Assembly: GCA_907165135.1 (NCBI GenBank)
Contig: OU015567.1
Span: forward strand, 11,098,001 to 11,162,000
Direction: 5' to 3'
From: Oikopleura dioica
Taxonomy: Eukaryota; Animalia; Chordata
DNA length: 64,000 nt
Shown here piece after piece: positions 31,573 to 43,551 of this stretch. Each line of letters begins with the position of its first letter. The stretch's first letter is position 1. The notes beneath the pieces are model-generated. The model did not search any database. It was given only the letters and a program-made list of their open reading frames with translations, and was not told the DNA's origin. The position numbers and the translations under genes were made by a program.

Positions 31573-32008
31573 ATGGCGAGACAAAAATCACCTCCAAAGA
31601 AGAAGCAAGGAAAGCCAGGATCTAAAGCCATCAAAGAGATTCGGGAATACCAAAAATCAACCGACCTTCTCATGAGAAAGATGCCCTTCCAACGAGTGGT
31701 CCGAGAGGTAAATCTCGAACATAGTCGAAACAGAAATAATAGCCCTTTAGGTTGTGAATGATCTTCGCCCTGGAAACGACTATCGATGGCAGTCGCAGGC
31801 ACTCCTCTGCCTTCAAGGTAATTTAGCACAATCTTCTATATTAATCGCTCAACTAACAATTTCAGAAGCGACGGAGGCCTTCATTATCACAACTTTTGAA
31901 GTCGCCAACCTATTCGCCCTCCACTCCAAGCGCGTCACCATTATGAAGAAAGACTTGGACCTTGTCAACGCTGTCGCGCAATTCAATCTCAATGGAATCA
32001 AAAAATAA
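31573..32008 (+). CDS. CENPA: Divergent histone H3 variant, probably centromeric (cenH3/CENP-A-like), 114 aa, exons 31573-31707, 31751-31817, 31866-32008
   Basis: [45 protein letters not shown]|[22 protein letters not shown]|[34 protein letters not shown]. Loop 1 is 2 aa longer than H3, F84 is W and T107 is A, which are cenH3 hallmarks. Q68 is retained. Confidence 0.75.
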
Positions 32009-32429
32009 AAACTTCAGCACAAAGAATTCGACACTTTTTCCCATTCCCCGTTTTCGAATCCTGCCTCACCTCCCCGTGCAAATTTCTCCCCAAACCAACC
32101 AATTGAGATCAGTTGTATATTACCATCGGAATAAAACTCAAAAAAAAACTATATCCTAATTTCTTTTCTTTTGCAATAACTTATTTTTGATCATGATTCA
32201 TGAAGCAATAATTTTCTGTGATGAAAAAATTTTTTCTTATTTTTAATTTTGGGCAGTCTGTTTGAAATGTTGGAAAATGCAGAACAAAACTGGAAGTAAA
32301 TGAAAATAAGGTCAATTTGGAATTATTTTCGACATCTTTGGGGTTCTTACAAGTAAGGCGACATGTATCAGGAAACTAGGCAGGACGGAAAGTGTAAAGA
32401 AATCAGGAAAGAAGAGCGGGACGTGGCGT

Positions 32430-33195
32430 TTACTCGCTATCGTTAGCGGTAACGCCCTGGCCGTTTCGGTAGGCTTCCATTTCTTCGGCGTACTTGGCCT
32501 TGTTTTCTTCTGCCTGGCTCTAAAAAGTGTGTTAGGGGTTGATCCTTTATCTTTCTGGTTATTACAAAAGACGGTGAAGACGCGATCTTACCTGGTACTT
32601 TTCCTTGGTCTTGGCGTCGGCTTCCTTCCACATGACTCCCAATTTCTTGGCGACCTCGCTCACTCGGGCACCTAAAACCAAAATTAAAGCTTCATACAAA
32701 TAATTATTAAATACCTTCAGGAAGAGACTTCTTTGCAGCGGGACGGTGATCAGCTGCGAAGAGGAAGAACGCGGTCTGTGGTCGCTTGGGGGCATTTGGA
32801 TCCTAGAAATATGGTAGTAAGATTACTACACCAGAATAAGCTAGTTCAAGGTACGGTGCTTTTCCAGAAACAACCGGTATTTTGCTCGATGTTGAAATTT
32901 AGTGAACTCTAAAAAAGAGGACTCAACTTTTCAGAGAAAACTAGTAATTCTCCCCCAGAGTAACTTATAGAAATTCATTTAGACGTCTTCAATTATTTGT
33001 TTCTTCAAAAAGACGCTTATATAAAGTTTGTCTTACAATAAAGCACCCTTGTCAAAGAAATTTTTACAACTTGTAAATTACAAGCGTGATATCTTTGATA
33101 GAAAATATTTGACGCAGTTAATTTAGCTTTATTCACACATCGAACAAAATGTTTATCTCTCAGTCGTTTTTACTTACTTTCTTTGCTCGTCCCAT
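32430..33195 (-). CDS. Small single HMG-box protein (HMG-D/NHP6-like), ~91 aa, 4 exons
   Basis: MGRAKK|[29 protein letters not shown]|[27 protein letters not shown]|[29 protein letters not shown] with GT-AG introns. Confidence 0.88.
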
Positions 33196-33976
33196 GATCT
33201 CGTTGTTGCGTTTTTTGGAGTTGAGGGAGCTGCCTTTTTTTAAAAAAGCTACTTTTCAAACTGAGGTAAGGAGCGCGAGTGAGGGCCTACACCGCCCAGT
33301 TTGCCTGCTTGTCGATAATCGACGCGGAACGGAACCCCCGGAGCGTTGACGGTTGACCCGCCGCGTTTAGCCTACTTCTTTACACAACACACGCAGCCAA
33401 GCCACTCGCAAACCCAGCCGTTGGAACGCTTGTTTTCAACCCCAAAAAGAACCATCTTTTCTTCAAACAAAAACTTATTTTTTTGTCTTGTATTTGATTT
33501 TGCCATGCAGCATTTTCCAAGGGCCATGCTGCCATAGTAACTATCATTTAGACTCGCAGATACCAGAAAGATTTTTGATAATTCTTTGGTTATGCTTTTA
33601 TGATGCGATATACACAATTTTCAGAATATAATTTGTTTAATAAGAATTTCAATTGTCCGAAGAGTGTTCAATTTTGTAGTTAGCGTCCTTTTCCTCAAGA
33701 TGTTCTATGACAGGCACTCCTAAGAGAATCTTACCACAAGACTAAAATTAAGTCACTTATTATTCAGAACAGAATATTATTAAATTTTTATCTTGATGAT
33801 CTTAAATTTTCAAGGCAATTGTCTGATTTATTTGCAGGTGAGTAATCTTTCTTCAAATAAGGTGACTTGAACTACAGCTATTTACAGTAAATAATAGAGC
33901 AAGGTCGAGCGTTAAATACAGTCTACCAATTGTCGGATTATGGCGATTGGATGAGATGGATGGGAGGTGGTGCTTC

Positions 33977-35825
33977 TTATTCAAGATTGCTGAGCGATGG
34001 CGGCGAGAGAACCTGAAATAAGTACAGTAAGTTTCTGGTAAGCTATATTTGTCGTGGAGTTTAGTCGTTCACTTATTGTGATTTATCAGATTAGGTTCTA
34101 TCGTGACGCCTTGCCCGAGGAACTGGGCTTGCCTCGGGCGTGTATTTGTTTAACTATGTCGCCACGCTCGGGGTGTTCCCAATTTGATTAATTGGCCAAT
34201 TATCGTCCATCAAATTCCAGTGCCAAGTGACTTTAACTTCTAAGCCACACGACACTAGGCGCCGTATCTGACCACAGTTGGGCACACAGCTTCCTGTGTG
34301 TGCCTCGGGCCCGCGCTGTTTGATCCTCGACGCGATAGATCATCCTCCTGGCACTTTCATCAAAATGGCAAACCGATTGAACTCAGATTGCTAATTAACA
34401 ACCCCCGGGGTTCGGAAAATGATATGACGACCTTTTCACAAAAGGCGATCTTTGATTTTTTTCAAGAATTATAATTGTCCAAGCATGATCAAAAAGTCGG
34501 CAAATTTATCTTACCTGTGAGAGAATATTGTTTCTGTAGATGGGGAACAGATTCTTTTGCAGATACCCTCCATGTGCCAGGCTCGGCATACTGTTCAGCA
34601 GAGGCGTGGACGTCGGCGGGTTAAAAAAGGGGATGCGACTCAGTATCAATGGGTCGATGAAGGGAGCGATGCCACTTGGTAAGGAGGGAAGCACTGGCGG
34701 GATTATTGTCTAAACGATATTGATAAATGAGGGGCATCTCATTTTTGAAGACCATTTGGTAATTTAACATTTGTGTATAATCTGGAGCCCTGGCGGAAAT
34801 TTTAATCATCGGGAAATTGAAAATTAGCAATTCAAAATCTTACGACACATCTGACCGAGTCTGATGTCTCTGAAATCAGAATTCTATGATGAAAGCATTT
34901 GCAATGTAATGTGCTTACCGCGAAATTTACATAAGATTTTTACAATGATTTACCTTGACATGTTTTTCGCGTTTTCGCCACTTTGCTCGGCGATTTTGGA
35001 ACCAAACTTGTACGCGAGCTTCGGTGAGGTCTATGCGCGCGGCGAGTTCCTCTCTGAAAACACACAAATTAGGATATTAGGACGTGGATAAATTTCCCGC
35101 CAGCTTTGATCGTGGCAAAGTGCTAACATGGTTAACAAGTTCATAGCGATGGAAATTGAGATTTAGGGAAGTAGATCAAAAACCGCGTTTTTTCGGTTCA
35201 CAAGATTTTTGAGGTACTCTTCCTTGATTTCATATGACAAAGAAATGCCTACTCAAGCTTATCATCAACGCGATTTTGAGCGGTTAAATTCCTTTCATGA
35301 AAGAAAGAAAACTCCAAATAGTTACCTGGTAAAAACGTCCGGGTAGTGAGTGCGCACAAATGTCTTTTCCAGCTCCTCAAGTTGGTACGCCGAAAAAGTA
35401 GTGCGGAATCGTCGTTGTTTCCGTCGGCTTTCCGCGGCAGAATCCGTTCCAGTAAGAATTGACCCTTTCCCGAGAGGGCTTGTGTCAAAGCTGGTTGAGC
35501 TGTCTGAGTGGGTCTCGGCGAGGGACGTTTCCACTGCTTTTGGCGAGCCCATATGTATATGACTAGGAGAGTTTGTCTGAGGAAGACCTGAGGATGCGCC
35601 GGATACTTCTAGGATGTCGGACTCTGCGATGTTGAGCTCCGGCCTGAGAAGAGATTCAGAGGAAGGTGAGTCGACAGGTGATGGATGTGGAACTGTAAGA
35701 TTCGGATTCGCTGAAGCTACAGTGGCTATGGAGTTTGATGTGTTCTGGTTATCACTAGCTGCTCTCGCAGTCGCTCCATCAACGACGGACTTGAGCAAAT
35801 GCTCGATTGTATGAAGGCTGGCCAT
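33977..35825 (-). CDS. ARX: Aristaless/ARX-class paired-like (Q50) homeobox gene
   Basis: The homeodomain [34 protein letters not shown]|[30 protein letters not shown] is split by an intron. The N-terminus has eh1/octapeptide-like HTIEHLL. The last exon (~33977-34012) is less certain. Confidence 0.85.
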
Positions 35826-38718
35826 TCGATCTATCTTGGGTTGAGTGAATTTAAAAAAAATCTCTGACGGTTTTTTTAATTTCTGTAATAGTTGCTGGAA
35901 ATCGGAATATTAATAAAGGGCGAGGCGCCACGCCACGCGAGATGAGGGCGCTTCGACGCGCTACATGTGAGCTCAGCGCACAGCGCCGCTCAAATTAATA
36001 ATTTTAAATTACTGATATAACCTGAGGTTTAATATATAAAATATGATTATTCATGGGATTTATCCACTCATGTATAAAAGTATTATTCAAGCGACCGTTA
36101 CTTTGTAGCGTTGGATTGAAGAATAATAATTCTGTTCAGGAGGCCCTTTTCATTTATTCAAATCAACTGGCAGATAGTAAATTGCGTAAATAATTTCTCA
36201 TACTTTCATGAGCTTAGATTGTCGCCATCTAATTCATCCGTCATCATTCGCGATCCAAATATGATCTGATGCTCGAATCATGTGACGAGTCAATAATTCT
36301 GGCAAAAATGAAATGAAAAGATTAGATAACACATCATATTAATCTTTTTTTCCAAATAATGAGAACAGTGTTTTTATTGAAAGGTTTTCACGCATTGAAA
36401 GTTCTTTTAGGCCCGAAACTTGTGCCAGCAACTTTCCCAGCGTAAATTGAAGGATCTTGAAGAAGAGCGAAGAGACGCAATTTAGACAGGATATATTGTA
36501 TCGATGAATCGCACTTGAAGATAACGATGTTGTTTAGTCCTTATTAGAGCCCATCTGAGCAAACTCATTCAGGAGCACTTGGGCGCATTGCTCAATATTA
36601 CCGAAATTCTTGAGAGCCCAATCTCATCGCCAGCTTCGACAGTAACAGAATGTCAGTTAGTCCTTATTGACCTGCGTTTCTGACAAATTCGAAAATCCGG
36701 AAGCTGGGCTGGGAAGAAACGCGCTCTAATCTTTTCAGCAGGAAATTTTAAACTGCTCAGACGAACGACCTGCTGTACGGATTAAAGATTTTTCGTCGAT
36801 AATTGACGTGAGAAAGAAATAACAGGTCTTCAGCTAGCATTATAGAAAGTTTGGAACAACAACTTCTTTATCAAAATTTGGATACTGAGTTGGATAAGCG
36901 TGTCTTGTTTGATTTGGCTTATCGACCAAAAGTACTTCGTTCTACAAAAGGAAATCATTTCAGAAGGACTTGTTTTTGCGCAAATTTGGCGGCTTAATTT
37001 TCTTTCAGTCAAAGGGGCCAGGCTGACCTGGCCGAGGTCAATTAGGTGCTTGAAGTTCTTTTCAACATTTGTAAGTCATGCCGTTCCTTTTGCTCGCCGT
37101 TTTCATTGATCACGAAGAGATTCCCTGCCTTCAGTAAATTTCTACCTTTAGGCATATCTTGTGCGTGCAACTGATAGCATAGGGATCAAATGGTTAATTG
37201 AATCCTAAGCATATCCATTTCGCCGGTTTACTTCTTATCTCCATTTTTAATGATTAAATTTACTCATCCGCCTCAAAATACATCTGGGAAGCAGCAACTC
37301 AAGCCACTAAGTAGCATGAAGTTCAGTTAACCTTTGCTAACTCAAAGCCGGCCAATTTTAATCTCGATTAAAATGTACAGTCTGGCTAATCCGTTAATGA
37401 GTTTCCGCCCGGCATGATTAAAAAAAGAAATGTAAGAATTACTCGGGCTCCCAGGATGAGCTCCCGCGGCGTCGCTGAATAGCGAAAGCAAGACGATAAT
37501 TTCTAATCTAAATCAAAATCGCCAGCGCCAGATTTTGGTGGAGAATCGATCAAATCCGAAATCATGATTGAAAATTTTCAATTATATTAACAGATAACAC
37601 ATATGTTCTTCAAGCTTTCAGACAAAAAAGCCTTGCTTAGTTGCAGCTTCCTCGCCAAGTCGACAGATTTAGTTGCTAAGATAAGCCAAATTAGAGCTAA
37701 TGCATTCGCATCTTATACAACCCATATTATATAATCAAGCTTGGCCAGGGAAAGATTCATTTTTAATTACTAGTTTTTATCAATAACGCTAAAATACATT
37801 CCATGGACCTGAATATAATTACCATCATAAATATCAAAGCGATTTCTTGTTCTCATCATGTGATACAGATTTTTATTTGCTGATAATTGATCACGTGTTT
37901 GTTTCGTAAAGAGTTTACTATTTATACGAATTTATAAATATCTTTCTTCATATAAACAATTTAAAGTAAGAAATCATAAAATTTTCATTTCAAAACTTTT
38001 GACATGAACGACGACAGTTTTAAAACAGCTGTGACGACAGTAGATTTGATAGTCTTTGCGAGCGTGTGGCAGAGTGTACTGATTCAACACTTCCGACCAC
38101 TTTCGCGTATTTGGAGCTAGTTACCGGCGAAAAATCAGCCTGGCCCATTTCTGACTTGAAAGGCAAATATGAAAGACGCGTTACTTTAGCCGTCCTAGAT
38201 TTTGAATTTGCTGACCAGTTTATTGGTTTTTTCGAAGTTTAAAAAGAGCACCTTGACTGACCTACTGTCATCAATTAAACATAGTCTATTTAATATAGAT
38301 TATGTTACTTTCTATAAAATAGGAACAAGTGCATTATTTCTTGTTTTCTGTGTTTTGTAACAAAACTTTGCGCAGTCATTGGCGCAAAAAGTAGTATGAA
38401 ATGTAACACTTGGTAAGAACTTCTTACTAAGATATATTATTTCGACTCGATATCATCGAACTCAGGTTGTTTTAGAGGTCTTATTAGTCGGCAATTAAAA
38501 ACGCTTCTGAGAAGCGGCTTCTCTCAGATTTATTTCATATAATTTTTGCTAAATTATTTTAGATATGATCACGATTTATGATTAAAAATATGATAATAAT
38601 ACTTGTTCTTCTCGTTTTTGAACAATTATCGGAAAATGATGACTATTATTTAAATAAATAAGCAGAACGTTTAAATATTATCGTCTAAAAGTATCAAGAA
38701 AGGAAGTTTAAAATTGAA

Positions 38719-39025
38719 CAGGTGTGTCGCAGTTGTCCCTTTGCCCCTCGTCAGTTGGACTGGGAGTGAGTCAGTTGGTACCCGAACTGTGTTCATGTTA
38801 GATGAGATTTTCTTTATTTTTAGCAATGCATAAAGAGCAATGACGAGTTATCACTTTTGCCTCCTACTAGTGAGGAGTCCCTCGACACCCTTTTCAAAAT
38901 CCTTACCCACAACACGCAGAGATAGCAGAGCACGCCGCCGGCCCCTAATAAATATACCATTTGTTTTGCAAGAATGACTTGAATAGAGATGCACCTGAGC
39001 TATTTCCGTTTTTTCCCTCTCGTCA
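38719..39025 (+). promoter_or_regulatory. Candidate muscle cis-regulatory module upstream of tropomyosin
   Basis: E-boxes at 38719 (caggtg), 38730, 38752, 38772 (cagttg) and ~38993 (cacctg); TGACG/CGTCA at 38749, 38841, 39021; T-box-like aggtgtgt at 38720; tgagtca at 38767. Confidence 0.55.
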
Positions 39026-39119
39026 GAAAAAAATCCTTCAAATTTTTCATGTTCTTGACCTTGAAGAAGACTTGGTTTATATTAATTTTCAAATTTTTTA
39101 GAAAAAAAACTAATCGAAA

Positions 39120-40458
39120 ATGGAGGCCATCAAGAAGAAGATGCAAATGTTGAAGGTTTGAAAAACTACATTTGGTTTGATACTTATCTTTCTCCTTAGG
39201 TCGACAAGGAAGACGCTCTTGACCGAGCTGAATCCGCCGAAAACGCCAAGAAGGTCAGTAGATCTGATTCTATAAGAAAATTGAAATTATGAGGCAGCGT
39301 TTTTATTTTTTAATTATTCCCTCAAAAATCAATCAATTATCTTTAAAATAATCCTAGGCCGCTGAAGAGAAGGCCGGCAAGGCCGAGGAAGAACTTCAGG
39401 CTCTTCTCAAGAAGCAGAAGGCTACGGAGGAAGAACTCAACTCCGCCAAAGAGCGACTCCAGAAGGTAAGAATAAGCCAGTTTTTCTTGATGCCAACCTT
39501 TTTGAATAGGTCCAGGACGAACTCAAGGCTGCTGAGAAGAAGGCTGCTGATGCCGAGAACGAGGTCACTCACTGCAACAAGAAGATCATGACCATGGAGG
39601 AAGAGCTCGACTCCGTTCAGGAGAAGCTCAACACTTCCATCGTTAAGGTAAATAAATAAATGAACATTAGGTTGGCGATAATAATTCTTAAATATATCGA
39701 TTATTTTAAATTAGGGAGAGGATATAAACGATCTTAATAAAGTAATTTGTAACGTATCAGTGAGTAAACTCCTAGCGGCTTTAATTGACGGTTCTTTTAA
39801 CACGCGGTTTATCAATTTGTATCGATACAAATCTATAATTATAGCTCGATGAAGCCGAAAAGAATGCCGATGAGTCCGAGCGAGGCCGAAAGGTCATCGA
39901 AGCTCGAGCCGCCAAGGACGAGGAGCGACTCAAGGACCAGGAGACCGCCCTCAAGGAGGCCAAGTCCGTCGCCGAGGAGGCTGACAAGAAGTACGAAGAA
40001 GTTGCCCGAAAGCTCGTCCTCGTCGAAACCGATGTCGAGAAGGCCGAAGAGCGAGCTGAACTTGCCGAAACCCGAGCCAACGAACTCGAAGAAGAGCTCA
40101 AGGTACAAACTTTATTGAGTAAAAATTTTCAATTAATTCCTAGGCCGTTGCCAACAACCTCAAATCCCTCGAAGCTGCCGCCGAGAAGTACACCACCAAA
40201 GAAGCCCAGTACATCGAGGAAGTCCGATCTCTCGAAGAGAAACTCAAGGATGCTGGTGAGCGAGCTGATCACGCCGAAAAGGTAAACCATAGTTTTCATT
40301 AGTCAAGGTCTGAATCAAATTCTTACATTTAATTATAGTCCGTCACTGAGCTCGAAGCCACCATCGATGAGCTCGAGGACAAGCTCTACGCCGAGAAGCT
40401 CAAGATCAAGCAGACTGTCGAAGACATGGATAACACTATCCACGCCTCCGCTTTGTAA
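39120..40458 (+). CDS. TPM: Muscle-type (long) tropomyosin, 7 exons, 283 aa
   Basis: [12 protein letters not shown]|[11 protein letters not shown]...[19 protein letters not shown]...[12 protein letters not shown]...ELEEELK|[10 protein letters not shown]...[14 protein letters not shown]. The register matches vertebrate 284-aa tropomyosin up to the C-terminal exon. Confidence 0.97.
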
Positions 40459-40755
40459 AAAACCCGATGGTACCGCACTCCTCCAACACTCACTTGTGTA
40501 CCATTGTTTATACTCTTTCTTGTGTCTCACCTTTATTATTATATAACTCTCCACTTTTCACCAAATTTCTGTCGTAGGACAGGCCTGTTCCGAACGTTCT
40601 GATGTCTTACGATTCCACCTGAATGTAGGCCTACATTACAACATTTGACATCGAGAAGTTATTTGCATTTTGAATACACTTTCTTGTACTTTTTCAGAAA
40701 AATCAAAACAAAACACTATTCATCTGATTCATAAATTTTTCTATAGCTTTAGATT

Positions 40756-42395
40756 TTAAGCATGTTTATTGAACTTTGGAAGATCCTCTTCTGGAATAAA
40801 ATAAGTGTGTCTTGAGGCAGGTTTTGTTGCTGAAAATCCTAGGATGTTGCAGTTTCCGTACAGTTTGTTACAGAAATGATACAATTCTGGACGCTTGATA
40901 GAGTCGATGAAGTAGACTTTGGACATACGGTGATCACAAAACGCTTAATTCATTTGAGACAATAAAATCAAGACAACTACCTTGTGGTCCGAAAGCAGAA
41001 TGATACAAAAACATGCGATCTTTCAGCTGGTCTAGTCTGTTATGATATCGGTAGATGTTACAAAAGGCTGATCTCTTCCCATCGAAGGATAAAAGTCAAC
41101 GTGTCCCAGTGGCTTGACATGTCCATAATGGCCGTTTCCAAATGTTCCCGCGTCACTTGTTAGACTTTGATTTAATTTTTCTAACATCTAAGAAACCTGT
41201 GTATAACATCAACAAATTCAGCATCAGAATGCCATAGGTGCACTTTTTCCAGTTCATTGGGGAACTCGACATACCTAGATTCTAGGCATAAACAAGTGAA
41301 TAATTTAGACATACAGTACCAGGACGCTGGGAAGCTAAAAGCAGGCCCGGCCGGATCCAAACCAGTTATTCTTCCTGAAAATTTTAGAGAGTAATCCCTC
41401 ATTGAAAATACCGATAAGTTTGCCCATAAGCTGCAATTCTTTCCCGATGTATCCGGCCATATGAGCTCCAAGAGAATGTCCGATGATATGAACATCAGTA
41501 ACGTTCAAATCTTCTATCTCATTGATCCAATTAGCAATTTGGCGACCAATAACTCTTATGTTGCTGCAACTTTGCGGATAATTCAGTCTGAGAGAAGCTC
41601 ACTTGGTGAAATCAAGAAAGAGAACTTACGTAGACGACCCTTTTCGCCAATTAACGATAATAAAGTTTCCATTTGTTTTTTCTCCAATAACATCAAAAAT
41701 ATCTGCAATAAACAAAACGTGACCAGGGACTGTTTTTACGCTTGCGCGTTTCAATGAAGGACTCCATCCATGAATACCGATGAAAGTTGGCAGACTTGAA
41801 TTAATCATCGTTTTGTCGAATTGTGTGAGCGTCTTATTTTCGTAGAATAGCAATTTCGTATCAATTTTATTCGGCTTCAGTGGCATGGAACTATCCATGA
41901 TTGTTGTTATTATGAGACAATTTATTGAACACACTAATTTCAAATGACATTGTTTTATCGCTTTTTGCTATGTTAGTATCGTTTAGATATCTCTTTTAGA
42001 AAGAGTCTTTTTGAACCTCTTTCTTCTTTGATAAATATGATCATAATCTATCTTTACAATTAAATCGTCGAGGCATGAAATAAGGAGTGTTTAATTAAGT
42101 ATCGCTTTAGATATTTTAGATGAGGCCATAATGTAATCAACAATTCCCGATAGCGCACAAGGGGCGATAATTTCGTTGGAAAAGTTGTCCATGGAAAGGT
42201 GTTATTAAAACATCCAAGATCGTCGAAACAAAATCGTTCTTGATCCGTAAAGACTTCCTGTAAATAACAAAAAGACAATTTGCGCAATCACTGACTCACC
42301 TTAGCCTGGACGAAATAAGTAAGGGATGAAAGGATTCTCTCAAACTCAACACCGATCGCCGCGAATAATATTACTGTAAAGCTGAGAAAAATCAT
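40756..42395 (-). CDS. Secreted pancreatic-lipase-family enzyme, catalytic domain only (no C-terminal PLAT domain seen)
   Basis: Signal-like MIFLSFTVILFAAIG; FCFDDLGCF; IGIHGW; FIIVNW; nucleophile IIGHSLGAH; GRITGLDPAGPAF; FVDVIH; LGHVDFYP; CDH catalytic His. Stops soon after (KFNKHA*). Confidence 0.9.
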
Positions 42396-43551
42396 AATTT
42401 CTACACTAAGAATTGAGTTAACCCTAGGAGCGCGGAAGCGTCAGCGTGTTAGACGATCACGTGATCTCAGATGACCACTGTGCTTGGATGAAAAACGGCA
42501 AAGGTGTCTTGTTTCATCTATCGCTTTTGGAACTTTCTTGATTGTTGAGGAGTTTTTGCTAAGAATATGCTTATTGATAGTTTTCAGAAGATAAGCTAAT
42601 GAATGAAGATTCAATAATTAAAAAGCATAGATAATAAAAAATTGTAAATAATAAAAATTATTAACTTCATCAAATGAGATCGAGATCTCCATACGTTTAA
42701 CTTCCATATAAGGAGAGCAAGTTTATAGCCAGTTGTAAATCTGACCAAAGTGTTAGTTATAAAAGGCTCTTCACCCCGTGATGACTCAATTTTGCACTTC
42801 TTGGGTGCCAAAAAATTTTGCACTTCAGAACTTTCGTTGCCCGAGATTTCCACTGGCTAATTGTTCGTGGAATCAGTAACTTGGAAAGGTTATTTTTATC
42901 TTGGATCGGCGTCGCGATTTTTAGCGTTTTTGGCTATTTAGGGCTGCGTATTTTCAGGCGCTGTTCGACACTGAGGCTCTGGGCGGGCCACTCGTCGACT
43001 TCTGACTTTTCTCACTCAATCGCGCTTTTTCTATTAATAATCCTCCTCGTCCATCCTCGTTTAGGGCACTCACATCGAGCCACACACTTACCCTCGAGAC
43101 AATCCCTCACATATTTGAAAACAAACATCAACACCTACCGAAATCTCACGAGCAAATACTAGTGTAAAGAAAAAGACAGAAAAATCTGACAGCTGAAAAA
43201 AACGAGAGAAATCAAGGAAGACAAAGAAAATTTCGAACTCGGGTAGAGAAAGGCCGATCAGGGCGCAACCTCGATTGACGGAGGAATGCGCCAGAATGAC
43301 AGTTAGGAATGAGTTGAAAGAATCGAGCCAGCACAGATTTGCACAAGCATTTCATAAATTAATTTGTTGAACATTTTTCGCGCAAAAGCAAAGAAGATGA
43401 TCAGCGCCAAAGAGTCTAGTGAATTCTGACGTTCACAAGCCATAAAACACGCTCATTTTAACCAACTTTTTAATTACACCTGAACTCAACTATAATAATA
43501 TTCAATTCATCATCGAGCCCTGAAAATCACGAAAGAATCGGCGTCCTCCGA

